A program made the position numbers and the translations under genes. 64,000 nt of DNA from the human T2T-CHM13v2.0 reference genome, Homo sapiens: the NCBI RefSeq assembly GCF_009914755.1, contig NC_060946.1. One strand, given 5' to 3'. The notes below the pieces were generated by a model. It had not been told where the DNA came from. It did not search any database and saw only the letters and a list, made by a program, of their open reading frames with translations. Shown in pieces: positions 42,453-64,000 of the stretch (positions are counted from its first letter, which is position 1; every line of letters starts with the position of its first letter).

Positions 42453-43184
42453 GTGGCCAATATCTTCCCAACCTATCTTATTGCAAATGATTATTATTAG
42501 TGCAAAGAAAAGCTACGGATGTTTGTGTAATGAGTTTATACCCAGCTCCTTCTCGAAGTCTTGTTCGTTGAATAATTCTTATTTAAATCTTACATGCTTT
42601 CTAGACATACAAGCCTATCTTCTTCAAATTATGAGCTTTGTCTCTTATTTTTAATAGTTATTTTACATATTATTCCTATTCAATCACAATTGCCAGAAAG
42701 TTCAAAACTATGTTGACAAATTCCTGGTGTTGCACACACCTGTCTTCAGAGAGATTGCATAGAGAATGCCAAATGCTTCACCATTCGAGAGACTTAGCAT
42801 CGCTTCCTGAAAAGTCATCTTGATCCTACTAAAAAAATATTCTACTCATGACAGCAGGCATTCACCTCTCAAGGGTCTGTGTCCAGGGAAATGTTTCTGC
42901 CTCCATCTCCAAGTGGCCATGTGAGGCGTTTTAATAAAATGAGCCTCCGACTAAGACCACACCAGAAGGCTCCTGTGGTTGGGCACCAGTGGCAGGTGAC
43001 AGAGAGCTCCAACCAAAATGCCCTTAAAGTTCTCCTCAGCTTGGTTTGACTTCAGATGGCTTCTCATTGAGTCTAGGCCCTGACCTCCCTTATTTTAGAG
43101 CATCTTCTTTAGAAAATTTGTCATTGAAAATGATTTCTCTGTCCCTTTGAGATGTTGGTAAATCTTTTCAAAAGCCTCTTGCTG

Positions 43185-43600
43185 GCCAGGCACAGTGGCT
43201 CACACCTGTAATTCCAGTACTTCGGGAGGCCGAGGCGGGTGGATCACCTGAGGTCAGGAGTTTGAGATCAGCCTGGCCAACATGGTGAAACCCCGTCTCT
43301 ACTAAAAACACAAAAATTAGCCGGGCATAGTGGTACATGTCTGTAATCCCAGCTACTCAGGAGGCTGAAGCAGGAGAATTGCTTGAACCCAGGAGGTGAG
43401 GCAGAGATTAGCCGTGAGCCAAGATTGCACCACTGCACTCCAGCCTGGGCAATAGAGCAAGACTCCGCCTCAAATTAAAAAAAAAAAAAAGAAGTTCAAG
43501 GCTACAGTAAGCTGTGATCACACCACTGCTCTCCAGCCTGAGTAACACAGCAAATCCCTGTCACTAAAAAATAAAAAGGGAAAAAGAAAAATAAATAAAA
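43185..43600 (+). mobile_element. AluS plus adjacent Alu 3' fragment
   Basis: Alu consensus. Confidence 0.9.
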
Positions 43601-44647
43601 AGAATTGTTTTACACTTAGATTTCAAGATTTAAAAAGCTGTCAAATACCATATATTCAAAAATTCTGGTATCGTAAAAAGAGAACAGTAGAGATCTCTTA
43701 ATGCTGCAATTATCCACTGAGGTTTCACAGTTTATGAATATCATGCTTTTTTGTAGAAATCTGCTAAGCTTACTGTTGAATCATTTATGTACACTGACTA
43801 ATTTTTGAGCCATCATCAATTTTCATGAATTATGTAATTTAGCCTCAGCAATGTATCACATGCATTTGAAATAATTAAACTTTTCAAAGAGACTTAATAC
43901 ATGCAACAATGAGTAAATTAACGCTTTTATTAACATCAGCAGAGTTCTTTTTTTTTTTTTTTTCTGGGAGACAGGAGTTTAAGTTCAGGTAAAGCGACAC
44001 TCTTGGCTTTGAGGCTTTTCTCTAGCTTTAAACTCTAGCCTGCAACTGTTTCTGATTAGCAGCTAGGTGACCTTCGTTGTACAAAGAGGCATCATCCTCT
44101 TGATCTTGGGTTTTCTTTCTAAAGGGCCTTGTGTGCTTTCATCCCACATTTTAAGATATAATAGCTGCATTGAACGAATTGGGGGATATTCCTTCCATCT
44201 TTATCTTTCCATTGGTATTATTTAAATAACATGAGGATTATCTGTTACTTAAAAAGTAATCTGCCTTGTAAGAACTTAATATCTTAAATGAGCTTAAAAA
44301 CAAAAGAGCTTGCCTGTTAAACTGTCTAGGCCTGATGCATTTACAAGTGATTATTAAATACACTTCTCCACTTTTTCTATAATTATTCTATTCTTTAGTA
44401 TTTTACCATTTAAAAGGAGACTTCTTGCTTTCTGAAAACACTCTTTCTTTTTCTACATGTCTGCTGGCATTCACCTCTCAAGGTTCTGTGTCCCAGGCAA
44501 ATGCCACTCCAAGATGCCAGGCCTGTCTCTGCCTTCAGTCAACTTCCACGTGGGTTTCCAAAGCTTAGTATTAAATTGGGTATCAGGTTAAAATAAACAT
44601 CAGAAACATTCTCATCTTTTTTCTTTCTCACTAGCATTTCTACTTCC

Positions 44648-44975
<328 letters not shown>

Positions 44976-46039
44976 TCTATTTCCCGTTGAACTGGTTTTG
45001 GTAAGATATTTTACAGGCTAACTGTGTATTTCATCTAGCAGCCAGCAAGCGTTTGCACATCGTTATAAATTATGTCTTGTTATAAACTTGTTCTAACAAC
45101 AATTCACTCTGAGCAGGCATTCCGCATGCTCATTACATAATATTTTTGTCTCTGTGCAGCTGCACATCTGCACCGTAGTGTAGCTCCCTGTCCCCGGGTG
45201 ACCGATTGGAACTAGGTTTCTCCATCCCCAATAGGCTTCACTGTGTCTCATCACACCAAAGTATTTTTAAAAAGGCTTAATGAAGACAGCATCCTCTGTA
45301 TCATCCCCCGGGAAGGCTGAGCAGGTTGCGCACCATAAATACACTTCAACGTTCCTATCTGCCTAAGCCTTGAATCCCCTCCTCTATGATATAGCAAGGT
45401 AAATGCCTGCATCCTGACTGCATTTAATGGACCACGGGCCCCGGGTTGGGGTTGCAGCACCCAGTGAGCTATGAGAGCCGCCCCCAGCTGCTCCGTCTGA
45501 CAGATTGAAGCCAGGCTCTCCAGCCAGCACTTCCATCTTCATCAGTTCTGTTTGTTCAACGTTATGTTCCTTCTGCCCTGGTCTCGCAGCCTGAAATTCA
45601 TTCCTTCACGTATTCCTCAGGATTCCGACATTATAAATTGGCAAAGGTCTTGCAATTGTTTGAATGCCTCCTCCCAGATCAGCTTTGGTCGTCATTACCC
45701 GAGGGTCTGCCAGGATGTTATGGTTCTGAAAATAATAAAAGGTGGGAGTAAAATCAACAGTCCCCTCAAGGCAGCAGCCTCAGGTGAGTTAATTAAAGTC
45801 TTGAGGCAAAAGAAGATTGATCTCCAGTAGGGAAAAGAGCTGCTATTGATGACTAGGGAGATGAAGTCTGGGGTTCAAGGTATTCAGATTTATCAAAATC
45901 TGCCCAAATTTCCACATTCTAATTCTTAGAGTCTCTCTCCTTCCCAATTAATCCCTTGTTACAGAAGAGATCTAGCAAGGTCATGAATTAAATTTGTATT
46001 TTATTTTACTTGGAGTTTGGTTTTTAGAAATCCTGGCCC

Positions 46040-46290
<251 letters not shown>

Positions 46291-47163
46291 GAGAGAGACT
46301 GAGAGAGAGAGATAGAGAAAAGAAATCTTGGCCCTGTGACCATAAGAAATAAGGAGTTCTTTCAGAGTAATCTAATAATTCTCTGGTGGTCTATCTTTGC
46401 CTTCAGCTGGAAATTTACAGTCCTAAATTTGTCTCTTTATTTTTCCTCCACTTTTTCCAGTATGGTCAGAAAAATCCCGCCGGTTCTACAAGAATCTAAT
46501 ATAAGAATCTTATATTGCAACAGCTACTTGATGTCCCAAGGCCTTGCTTGCCATAGGCAGTTGACCCCAGGCAATTACAGATGCTAATTTAGGTAACTGA
46601 TTTCTCAAAGCATGTCATGAACGGCTAGTGTCTCACTTTCTACTGGCAATGAAGTCACTGTGGCCTTCAAATCTAAAAAGATGAAAAGAACAATTCCAGA
46701 TTCCTATATTCAAATATTTGTTCTCCAAAAACCCCTTTTAAAACCAAAACAACTGTGGAAAGAGCATGCAGAGCAAAAGCCAGAGAAGCCGCCAGTGGGT
46801 GGGAGAAGCTGTCACTAATGGGCAAGGATGGCTTTCAAGAGCTCCCAAGGGAGGGGCTGGGCATCTCACCTGCCCCACACTTGGCTACTGGCGCCTTCAG
46901 AAGACAGTGTCCGCTCCTTCTCTCCTGTCTTCTAGATCTTTCTCTAGAGCCTCTCACTGGGGAACAAAGCTAGAACCACAAAAGGGGCTTCTGGGAAGTC
47001 TCTGCCATCCAGAGGAAACCTTCAAAGGGAATGGTGGTGACAGGGGATTGACACGGACAATCCTGTATATCGAGATGGTTTCTCTTATAGCTGTTCTGCT
47101 TTGAAGACTCCAACAGACCTACACCCTCTGAATGCTAACAGTAGTCTTAAAAGTGTCATGGAA

Positions 47164-47508
<345 letters not shown>

Positions 47509-47569
47509 CTAGGGCAGACAGCAACGAAAACCGAAGACGGAATGGAAAGAGGATAAAAAATAATATATT

Positions 47570-48215
<646 letters not shown>

Positions 48216-48683
48216 CAAAAGTAATATATTTTTTAAAACCTGGCAGGAGGAATTTGCCTATCTGAGATATAGACTATAAGGGGCTGACGGTGCCTGTGAG
48301 GAGAACGAAGATGCCCTTTTGCTCTGGAGGACTGTATTTTCAGAGCTGTCAAATAGCGTGTTCCCTCTGTTTGTTTCTCTCTCTCTGAATCCCCTTCCCA
48401 AGGTTGCAAGCATAATCAAGGCCCTCCAGAGCAAAGGCGCTCGATTTCACTAATAAAGCAATGCAAAATGAAACAACTGTGTGATCCTATTAGACCTCTC
48501 ATATTACTGAAAATAAAGCAAGTGACAGCAAAAGTCCATGAGAAGAGGAGGAAACGGGCATGCTCACTCTCACTCATGACAGTGCAAATTCGTGTGTTTC
48601 TGGAAGGCAATTTGTTAACTTACACAATAACATTTTAACTAAACATGCCCTATTACTCTCAGAAACCTAGCCCACGGAAATAC

Positions 48684-50270
<1,587 letters not shown>

Positions 50271-51228
50271 ATTCTGACATGAGCATGAAAAGATGTGTCC
50301 AAGGATGCTCCGTGGGTGTGGTTTGTAATAGTCCCAAGGTGGAAATATCTGAAGCTCCCATCAGTGGGCATCTGGTTAGTGTAGCAATATGATAAGGGGG
50401 ACTTTCAAGACTCCAAATTCAGATAAAGAGTCATCAAAGAGCCCACATCTGCAGAGAACCATAAACAGTGGGGGTCAGATGCCCTCTCAGGGTTCTGCAA
50501 CCCCACATCCTCACTAACACACTCTGGCCCTCCTCTGGGCCAGGGAGACCTGGGCTAGAGAGAGAGGGAAGAAGTGTCAGAGAGGTGAGTGCTTGGCCAG
50601 GTAAGAAAAACTGTGGCTTTTCCTTCCCCCTTACCGTGAAGAAGGAGCTGGGGTGAGCTCCTCTGCCCCAAGCCAGGTGAGGATATCTCCCAGAGGAGCA
50701 ATGGTAGAGCCTGGCGGTCTTCACTAAGGGGAGACTCACATTTTGTTCCCCAGTGAGAACAACCCATCGTGCCTGCCGGACCTTGCTGTGCTCTCTGCCT
50801 TCTGATAGGGAGGAGAGGGTTGGAGGGAGACCACGGGGGATGGAGGCTAGTGGGGCTGCCACACTTCCACCCCATGACGCCACAGGATGAAGGAGCTTCC
50901 AAAATGCACGTGGACCCCAAGGAAGGGAGTGAGGCGTGAGTGGCCACGCAGAGCCCATCCAAGGGGGCAGACAACTGGGTGAGAACACCCCAGCAGGCCA
51001 AGGCTGTGGGGTGTGCCCTAGAGGAGGGCAGGACCCGAGGCAGTATGGGGAGCTGCTGAGCCAGTGCATCTCCCTCACGGGGGCGCTGTGCAGTGTAGGT
51101 GCCCCTATGGGACACGCACACCTCCTCCAAGAGCGGCCCCCGCAGCGGAGCAGAGCTGGCCAGAGGAGCACTAAGTAAGCCAGGCTGACAGAGGTGCTGG
51201 AAAAGAGGTCCAAGGGGGAGCTGGAACT

Positions 51229-51330
51229 GTTACAGGCATTCAAACCAGAGTGACTCCATTTTGAACAGGGGCTGGGCTACTGGGCTGCGTTCCCAGGAAG
51301 TCAGGCATTGTTAGCCACGGGATGAAATAG
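51229..51330 (+). mobile_element. MER41 LTR 5' fragment, truncated by an Alu fragment
   Basis: aaccagagtgactccattttgaacaggggctggg...ctactgggctgcgttcccag matches the recalled MER41 start. Confidence 0.7.
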
Positions 51331-51789
51331 AAAAAAAAAAGTTAGCCAGGTCTGGTGGCGCACACCTGTAGTCCCCGGAAGGATCGCTTGAGCCCAGGAG
51401 TTCGAGGCAGCATTGAGCTAAGATCTCGCCATTGCACTCGGCCTGGGTGACCGAGTGAGACCCTGACTCTAAAATAAGTAAATAAAAAGAACCAAAAAGT
51501 ATCTAATTATGGATGATTTTTACTTTCGTTTAGACGCTATTCTCTATAATAAAAAATGTTGCATTTGTAATCAGAAAATTAAAAAAGAAAGAAAGAAAGA
51601 AAGAAAGAAAACTGTTAAAACTGAATTGGTAGAAGAATGGGTTAGTGAGACAATCCCTCGCAGAATCTTGTGCTTTGGGAAATCTCCGTGCCGTTTGTAG
51701 AAGGATTGCACCAGTGACGCGGTGACACCCATCTCCTCCCAGCCCCGCCTCCTTCCTTCCGGTCCGCTGCTGAGGCTTGGCTCGGCTTG

Positions 51790-51808
51790 TGCTGCCACCT
51801 AGAGGTCA
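51790..51808 (-). promoter_or_regulatory. CTCF motif (reverse orientation)
   Basis: - strand TGACCTCTAGGTGGCAGCA fits the CTCF core; nearby GC box ccccgcctcc and ETS cttccgg. Confidence 0.7.
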
Positions 51809-52000
51809 GCGACAGACATTACTTCAACCCCCCTTCCGCAGGGGCAGCCGCTCCCAGCTGCAGTTTTCCCTTTTCATTTTAAGCCCTTGGATTTCAGAGT
51901 TGAGGATGGAGATGTGTGGGAACTTCCAATGTGAAGTCAAGATAGGGGAGAGGGCAAGACAGAATGAGATAGAGAACACCTGTGTGTGCATCTGTACATG

Positions 52001-52157
52001 CAGGGCCCAGTGCAAAATGAAGATGTGGGGGCCCCTTGTTCAAAAATTATTAAGAATCTCAATATTGTAACAGTAGGGCATTAAATCAAGTGCAGCGCCC
52101 TCTGAGAATGAGCCGTCTGGGACTGCACAGGTTATAGGCTGCATGCCCATGAAGCCG
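52001..52157. mobile_element. MER45A-like hAT non-autonomous element
   Basis: cagggcccagtgcaaaatgaagatgtggggccccttgttcaaaaattattaagaa...gcccatgaagccg. Confidence 0.75.
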
Positions 52158-52299
52158 ACTGGCAACCTTGTATTTGGACTTAAGTTAGCAATGCTTTCGT
52201 ATGCTGTGCCTAGGTGTGTATGTGTACAAATATGTATATTTGTGTGTGTGCATCATGTTTGCGTGCATCTGCTTGTACAAACGTGCTTAGATGTCTGGT

Positions 52300-54602
<2,303 letters not shown>

Positions 54603-55279
54603 AGCCCTGGCCTCTCTTTCTTAGAAAATTAACCTAAGAACAGCTTACGATGATGAATCCCTCCCTGGTCCCTTTGAGATATGTGTGCATCTTCTACAGC
54701 GCAGGAGCGGCCTGAAAGTTGTTCCTTTGAAATGGAATCCTCAGGAAGGACAGGGCCTCTGTCTCCCTGTCTCTGGGTGAACTGAATCCCAGCTGAGATC
54801 ATTGCCAGCTTGCAGACATAGACACAACTGGCGGGATGGCTCCGACCCTGCCCAGCCCTCATCGCTGTTCACTTGAGTGCCTGCTGTCTTCCCAGCTCCC
54901 ACGTTCTTTCTTTCAAACGTCTGCCCAGCCACCTCTGCAGAAGCTGGAACAGAGCTCAGCTCTTTCCCCTGCTGAACCAAATCTGCCTCCACTTCCACTG
55001 CCTGCACTCATGTCGGTTGTGTTTCCCTTTGACACCCACTCTGCCACCTGGACCATTCAGGGTGCTCCCCCTGACTCCTGCCGCCAGCGCCCACACTGGC
55101 CTCCTATGACAGGGACACACGCTACTGCCACCGCCGCTGGAGCAGAGCCTGCCCCAAGGCTGCGAGTGCCAAGGAGGTGCAGCCCTCCCCTGCCATGGGG
55201 GCAGCCCTACCCCAACGCCCCGATAGCTCTGAGGTTCTACAGATTCTACATGCTTCCTAGAGTTCCTGGGGGGAGTTAA

Positions 55280-58726
<3,447 letters not shown>

Positions 58727-59952
58727 CTGGCCCCTTGAAAAGGGATTTGGATAGGAGGGGCCCAAGCCTGGCTCCTGCCACTGCCCTGGACAGGTCACCT
58801 AACCCCTTTTGCTTGTCGTAAACCAGGGAAGCCAGCAGCACAGGGAGGCTAAGATGCCCTCACTCAGACTGATTCATGCAATGCCAGCAATGAAAGAAAC
58901 TCAACCCCTTGTCCTGAGAGTAGGCTTACTCCCTTCTCTGATTATCTGCTTCCCAAGTGCGATGCGTGCAGTGTGGGCCAGAGGAAGGAAGTGGCCAGGC
59001 CTTTGGCAGGCACATTTCTCCATGAGCATTGGTAATGGGCATCTGGATTAACACATCAGTCCATCTAACCACCCCCCAAAACAGGACTCCTCTTCCTCGG
59101 CTGACCTCCCAGGCTTCTGAACCTGCAATTTTAATAAAATCATTGTCATAATCACAGCCGTTGTAACTGATGTTCATAGTTTTCTCTGTCTGTGCCAGGC
59201 GAAGTGAGGAACAGCGAAAACTATGTATAATAATATGGAGTGACGCAATCAATTTTAGCGTGTTCAAAGTTCTGAGAAGTCTTGCCCAAAAGCAATCTGT
59301 ATAGTGTTATGTAAACCAGCATAACCTGATTTATTTGACAATGGGATAATTTTTCATAGAACATCTGTTAACATGCCACAGAGTTCTTTTAAACATATTT
59401 AGGAAACAGGGCCTTGAGGAAGGAAAAGCATAAGTGTTTATTGCGTGTCTATAACTGGCTCTGTGCCAGATACATGGCATGCATTTTCTCAGGTAATCTT
59501 CACAATAGCCTCTGAAAGAGGTGGAACTGTCCCTCTGTTAGTACTCTAGAAATGAGAACTGGCTCTGACAAGCGAGGTGGTCTTCCCAAGAACACGAGCC
59601 TAGCTAGAGTCTCTTGTTGCCTTTCTACAGCAAACCTGCATTTGAATTTTCCTCTGCTGTGGCTCCTTCTAGTTCCTGTTTATTACAGAGTCCATGATTC
59701 TGGGAGGGAGAATGGGAAAAAGATCAGCCTACCACTCTGACATCATTGAGAGTTTGGATTTGCAAAGCAGGCAACGTAAACTCCTCTCTTGCAATTTAAG
59801 CATAAATGTGTTCAATGTGGCCTCAGTTTCCTCATCTATAACACAGAACTGGAGTGGGAGTAGGAAAGCACGGTTAGAAAGATGTAACTAAATGGTCTCT
59901 CTGTCCCTCCACAGCATGTACATTGTGGGCTTATGATTCCGAATCTCTGGGC

Positions 59953-59986
59953 CTGCAATTTGGACATACTGCCACCAGGGGGCGAT
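59953..59986 (+). promoter_or_regulatory. Strong CTCF motif (forward) with upstream module
   Basis: TGCAATT-N8-CTGCCACCAGGGGGCGA: near-consensus core plus ZF9-11-type upstream motif. Confidence 0.8.
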
Positions 59987-60902
59987 CTGGACTGGGATTA
60001 TAGCCATGGCGGGCTCATCTACTGTATCCTGGGTTAAAGCAACCTAAATTGATTTTATTGGTGTTCCCTTGAGTGGTACACGGATATTACAGAAATTATG
60101 AAGATGGTTTTGAGTCACAATGGGCAAATGAGGCCCTGCATGAATTGAAGTGTGACCAATTTTTTTCACTATATGAATTAATGCTTACGTACTACCTGGC
60201 CCCTGTGCCTCCTTGAAAGTTAAGAATCATTGTGAATTCCGCTATCTAGGGACCTCAGGAACATGAAGAACAAGGAATGCTATTGGGAACCACGCCAGTG
60301 AAATAAAAGACCTTCTTTAAGTTAAAAAAAATCTACGCATATTTTATTTACTTTGCCAAGATTACAGCTTTTCTCTCTCTAGAACATTCAATGTTTAATT
60401 AAAAAGGGTTCCTCTTTCTGAGGATGAATCTTTAACTGAGACAAAGTCATAAAACATGAGACATTTGTTCCCTTATGTCAACATTGAAATTGCTCACTTA
60501 ACTTTAGATCAGCTCACCAACACTGTGTTTCTCAGACACTCTTGCTAGCATCTTAGTTATCTCATCAGAAAGCATTTTGGCAGCTCTGTCTTGTAAAGCT
60601 GCTTCTGAAAAGCACTAAATTAAATGTAATGTGAAGTTGGATTTCTGTGGCATCCTTCCCATTCACCTTCCATACTCATACCCATAAGCAATGGACTGGT
60701 TTTGTGTGTCCCTTTTGAAGGCTACATCAACAGTACATTTCCTGCTGTAGGGGTCGTTCTGCAGATTGTCATTTTCACCCGCAATGATGTATTGTGAGAT
60801 CTTCCTATGCTGATACATGCAGATGTGGTTCATTTCTTTCCACTGCCATAGATCATCCCATTTGTCCATTGTCCAGCTAAAGTGCATTTAGGTTGTTTTA
60901 CT

Positions 60903-61201
60903 TTTTTTTTTTTTTTTTGAGATGGTGTCTCACTCAGTTGCCCAGGCTGGAGTCCAGTGGCACGATCTTGGCTCACTGCAACCTCCGCCTCCTGGGTTCA
61001 AGTGATTCTCCTGCCTCAGCCTCCAAGTAGCTGGGACTACAGGCACCTGCCACCATGTCTGGCTAATTTTTTTGAATTTTTAGTAGAGACACGGTTTCAC
61101 CACATTGGCCAGGCTATTCTCAAACCACTGACCACAAACGATGTGCCCACCTCAGCTTCCCAAAGTGCTGGGATTACAAGCATGAGCCACTGCACCCAGC
61201 T
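60903..61201 (-). mobile_element. Alu inside an old L1 fragment
   Basis: Antisense Alu consensus. Confidence 0.9.
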
Positions 61202-62813
61202 GAGAACAAGAACTTTTAATACTTGCCAGGTTGTTTTCCTATTGTAAACTATGCTGCAATGGAGATCTTTGCACGCACTCCCTATATACATGTTCAAGGG
61301 TTTGTCTAGGCTGTGTAGAAATGGAAATTGTAGGTTGTATGATATAATTTCAATTTTGCTAAATACTCACCCACGGCTCTTGGCTCATAATTCATCAAGG
61401 GTACGAAAGTTTCCATTTCCCTCATTCTCATCTACACTTGCGTTTTAATTCTTGCCAACCTGATGGATTGTTTTCATTTGCATCTCTGATTATTGGGGAT
61501 AATGAGCATCTTTTCAACTCTTCCGTGTGGCTTCTTTAGTCATTAACTCTTTATGTTCCAGCCAGACTGTAAATTCCTAGAAGGAAGGTCTGAGTCTCAA
61601 ATGTAAGGCCCTCACAGAGGACAGCCCGGTCCAGGCATAGACTCTCTGTTTCCTACCTCACCTCTGTGTTCCTCCTTGGAGCCCTACCTTCCAAGCTTAA
61701 CAAGCTACCTGCAGCTTGCCAAATGCATCATGCTGCAGTTTCATGCATACCATGCCCTCTGTCTGGAATGCTGTGCCTCTTCCAGTCCACCTGAACATCC
61801 TTATTCATGTTCCATGATTCATCTCAAGAGCCACCTCCTCTATGAAGCCTACCATATGACCGGCACCCTACCCCATCCCAGGCAGAGCTAACCACGTTCT
61901 CCTTTGTGCTTTTGCTGGCCCCACGTGAACGTCTCACCGCATGTGTAAGACTTCTGAGCATCTATGTACTGATGTATTTGTCTTCTCGCCAGACTCTGAA
62001 CTCTTTGAGGACAGGCGCCATGTCTTATTTATTTTTGCACGTCCAGCTCATTGGTCAGGGCTGGGCAGGGGCATATCATGGGTAGATAAGTCTCTAAGGC
62101 AGCTTCTTCCACATCAATCTCCTGCAGACTGCAAAGCTCTGAGGTCTGGACTGTATTGCATATTGCATATGCATATTGCATATGCATATTGCATATTGTA
62201 TTGCATTCATATTGCTGTTTTCACCGTGCCTAATAGGGCTGAGTGTTTGTGGTGCTCCGTCAACAGGCACCACAAACACTCAGCCCTGTTAGGCACTGCA
62301 CTGTCATACTACGTACACTGCAGTACGATTGCCTGGTAGAGTAGAAGTGACTTTGGATAGAAATTCCTGGGTTTGCACCCCCAGCTTCCTATGCATATAA
62401 TCTTGTACAATTTCCTTGGCCTCTCCAAGCCTCAGTTTCCTCATCTTCATAAAGGGAGTGATAACAGCTCTGAGGACTGGTGTAAGGATGAAATACAGTT
62501 CCGTATATAAACCATGTGGCACATAATCATTTGCCACGTTATCATTTCTATGTCAGAACAGCACAGAGTCTGCTTTAGCCACAAGACTTTGGGTGGCTCA
62601 TTTTTTCAGGTGTCACATGTGATGGGCACATAGTAGTTGATGAAGACAAAGTCTAGTGTTTCCAGTGCCCAGAACAGTGTCTTGCAGAAACTAGGTACCC
62701 AGTAAAGAAGTTGAACTGAACTCTGCACTTTGCACATAATTAGATATTTGATGAATATTAAATCAAGTCAGATTCACTTCCCTGTATTGCATTCTGATCC
62801 AACCCTAGCTTTA

Positions 62814-63251
<438 letters not shown>

Positions 63252-64000
63252 TCAAAAGCAAGATGACCACCAGGACAAACTATTATTTTGAGGTCGCCAA
63301 TGAACCATTCCTGCATACAGTAATACTCTTATGTAGTCCCCTCTCACAAAGTCTGGGCTTGGCCATATGTCTCTTTGGCCACAGGGACATTGACAAGCCA
63401 GTGCAAGGCTTGATAAACCATTGCACATTGAATCTTGTCCCCTGAGACGGCTCCTTCTTGAAACCTAGTCCCCATTCCAAAAGAAGCTCAAGTGAGCCAC
63501 GAAGAGAGGTCCCATGAGAGAGAGTGATGATCAGCCAGCCCCCCACTGTGGTTCTCATCCCAGCTGAGGCACTAGGCATGGGAGAGGAGCAGGCGTCTTC
63601 ACAGCAGATGCTATACAGAACAGAAATGAGCCGTACCTCCTGAGCCCTGCCTAAATTGCTCAATCATGAGCAAATTAAGGATCATGTCATTTTAAGCCCA
63701 CAAGTTTTGGTGGTGTTTTGGAACACAGCAAATAATAAATAACCCATGGGTAGAGCACGGTCTGAGGGTGCAAGTCAGTGATCTCGGGGTGGAGTGTGCT
63801 GCGGGCTTAGAGACTCATCAGGTGAAAAGCTTCAGGATCAACTGGAAAACAGAACCGTCTGACCTAGAACCCATTATCTGGGGACTCTTCCCTGGGGCTC
63901 CAAGCCCCTATGGTCTGAGGATGCTTTTGGCTCCTTAAACAATGAGGAGACCTCAGGCTCACATTACAGGAAGTCCAGAGGCCGGCAGCTTCTGGCCAAG

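Noticed and set aside
50434-51243. 269-aa and 191-aa - strand ORFs
   Set aside because: GC-rich sequence with no recognisable domain or exon structure; consistent with chance ORFs
51229-51330. MER41 as an interferon-inducible enhancer
   Set aside because: Only ~100 nt of the 5' end remains with no tandem GAS sites; the lone TTCCCAGGAA (N4) is too little evidence
63750-64000. 3' end of the next gene (TEX33 expected nearby from recalled gene order)
   Set aside because: No exon or poly(A) signal could be supported inside the window

Overview
Human genomic DNA from the CSF2RB locus (22q12.3, recognised from the protein sequence). Bases 1-13.4 kb hold exons 5-14 and the 3'UTR of CSF2RB, the common beta chain of the GM-CSF/IL-3/IL-5 receptors, on the + strand. 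All nine internal introns are GT-AG, and exon sizes and phases match the 897-aa protein. At 23.4-26.8 kb on the - strand is an inverted, intron-containing partial duplicate (CSF2RBP1, exons 2-4). The rest is repeat-rich intergenic DNA: Alu, L1, MIR, MaLR/ERV1 LTRs, Tigger1, a fossil hAT transposase, a split U13 snoRNA retrocopy and simple repeats. The best leads are: (1) the duplicate's three coding exons have no stop or frameshift and could encode a 144-aa secreted domain-1-only beta chain; (2) a non-Alu ~220-bp inverted repeat brackets exons 9-10, which total 303 nt and encode exactly domain 4, suggesting in-frame skipping or a stop-free circRNA; (3) a weak acceptor on the transmembrane exon, whose skipping gives an NMD-escaping soluble form; (4) short templated insertions and an inverted MST LTR pair with one TSD near the duplication; (5) a divergent CTCF pair. 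All functional claims are inferences. Repeat family names come from memory, and no database search was run.
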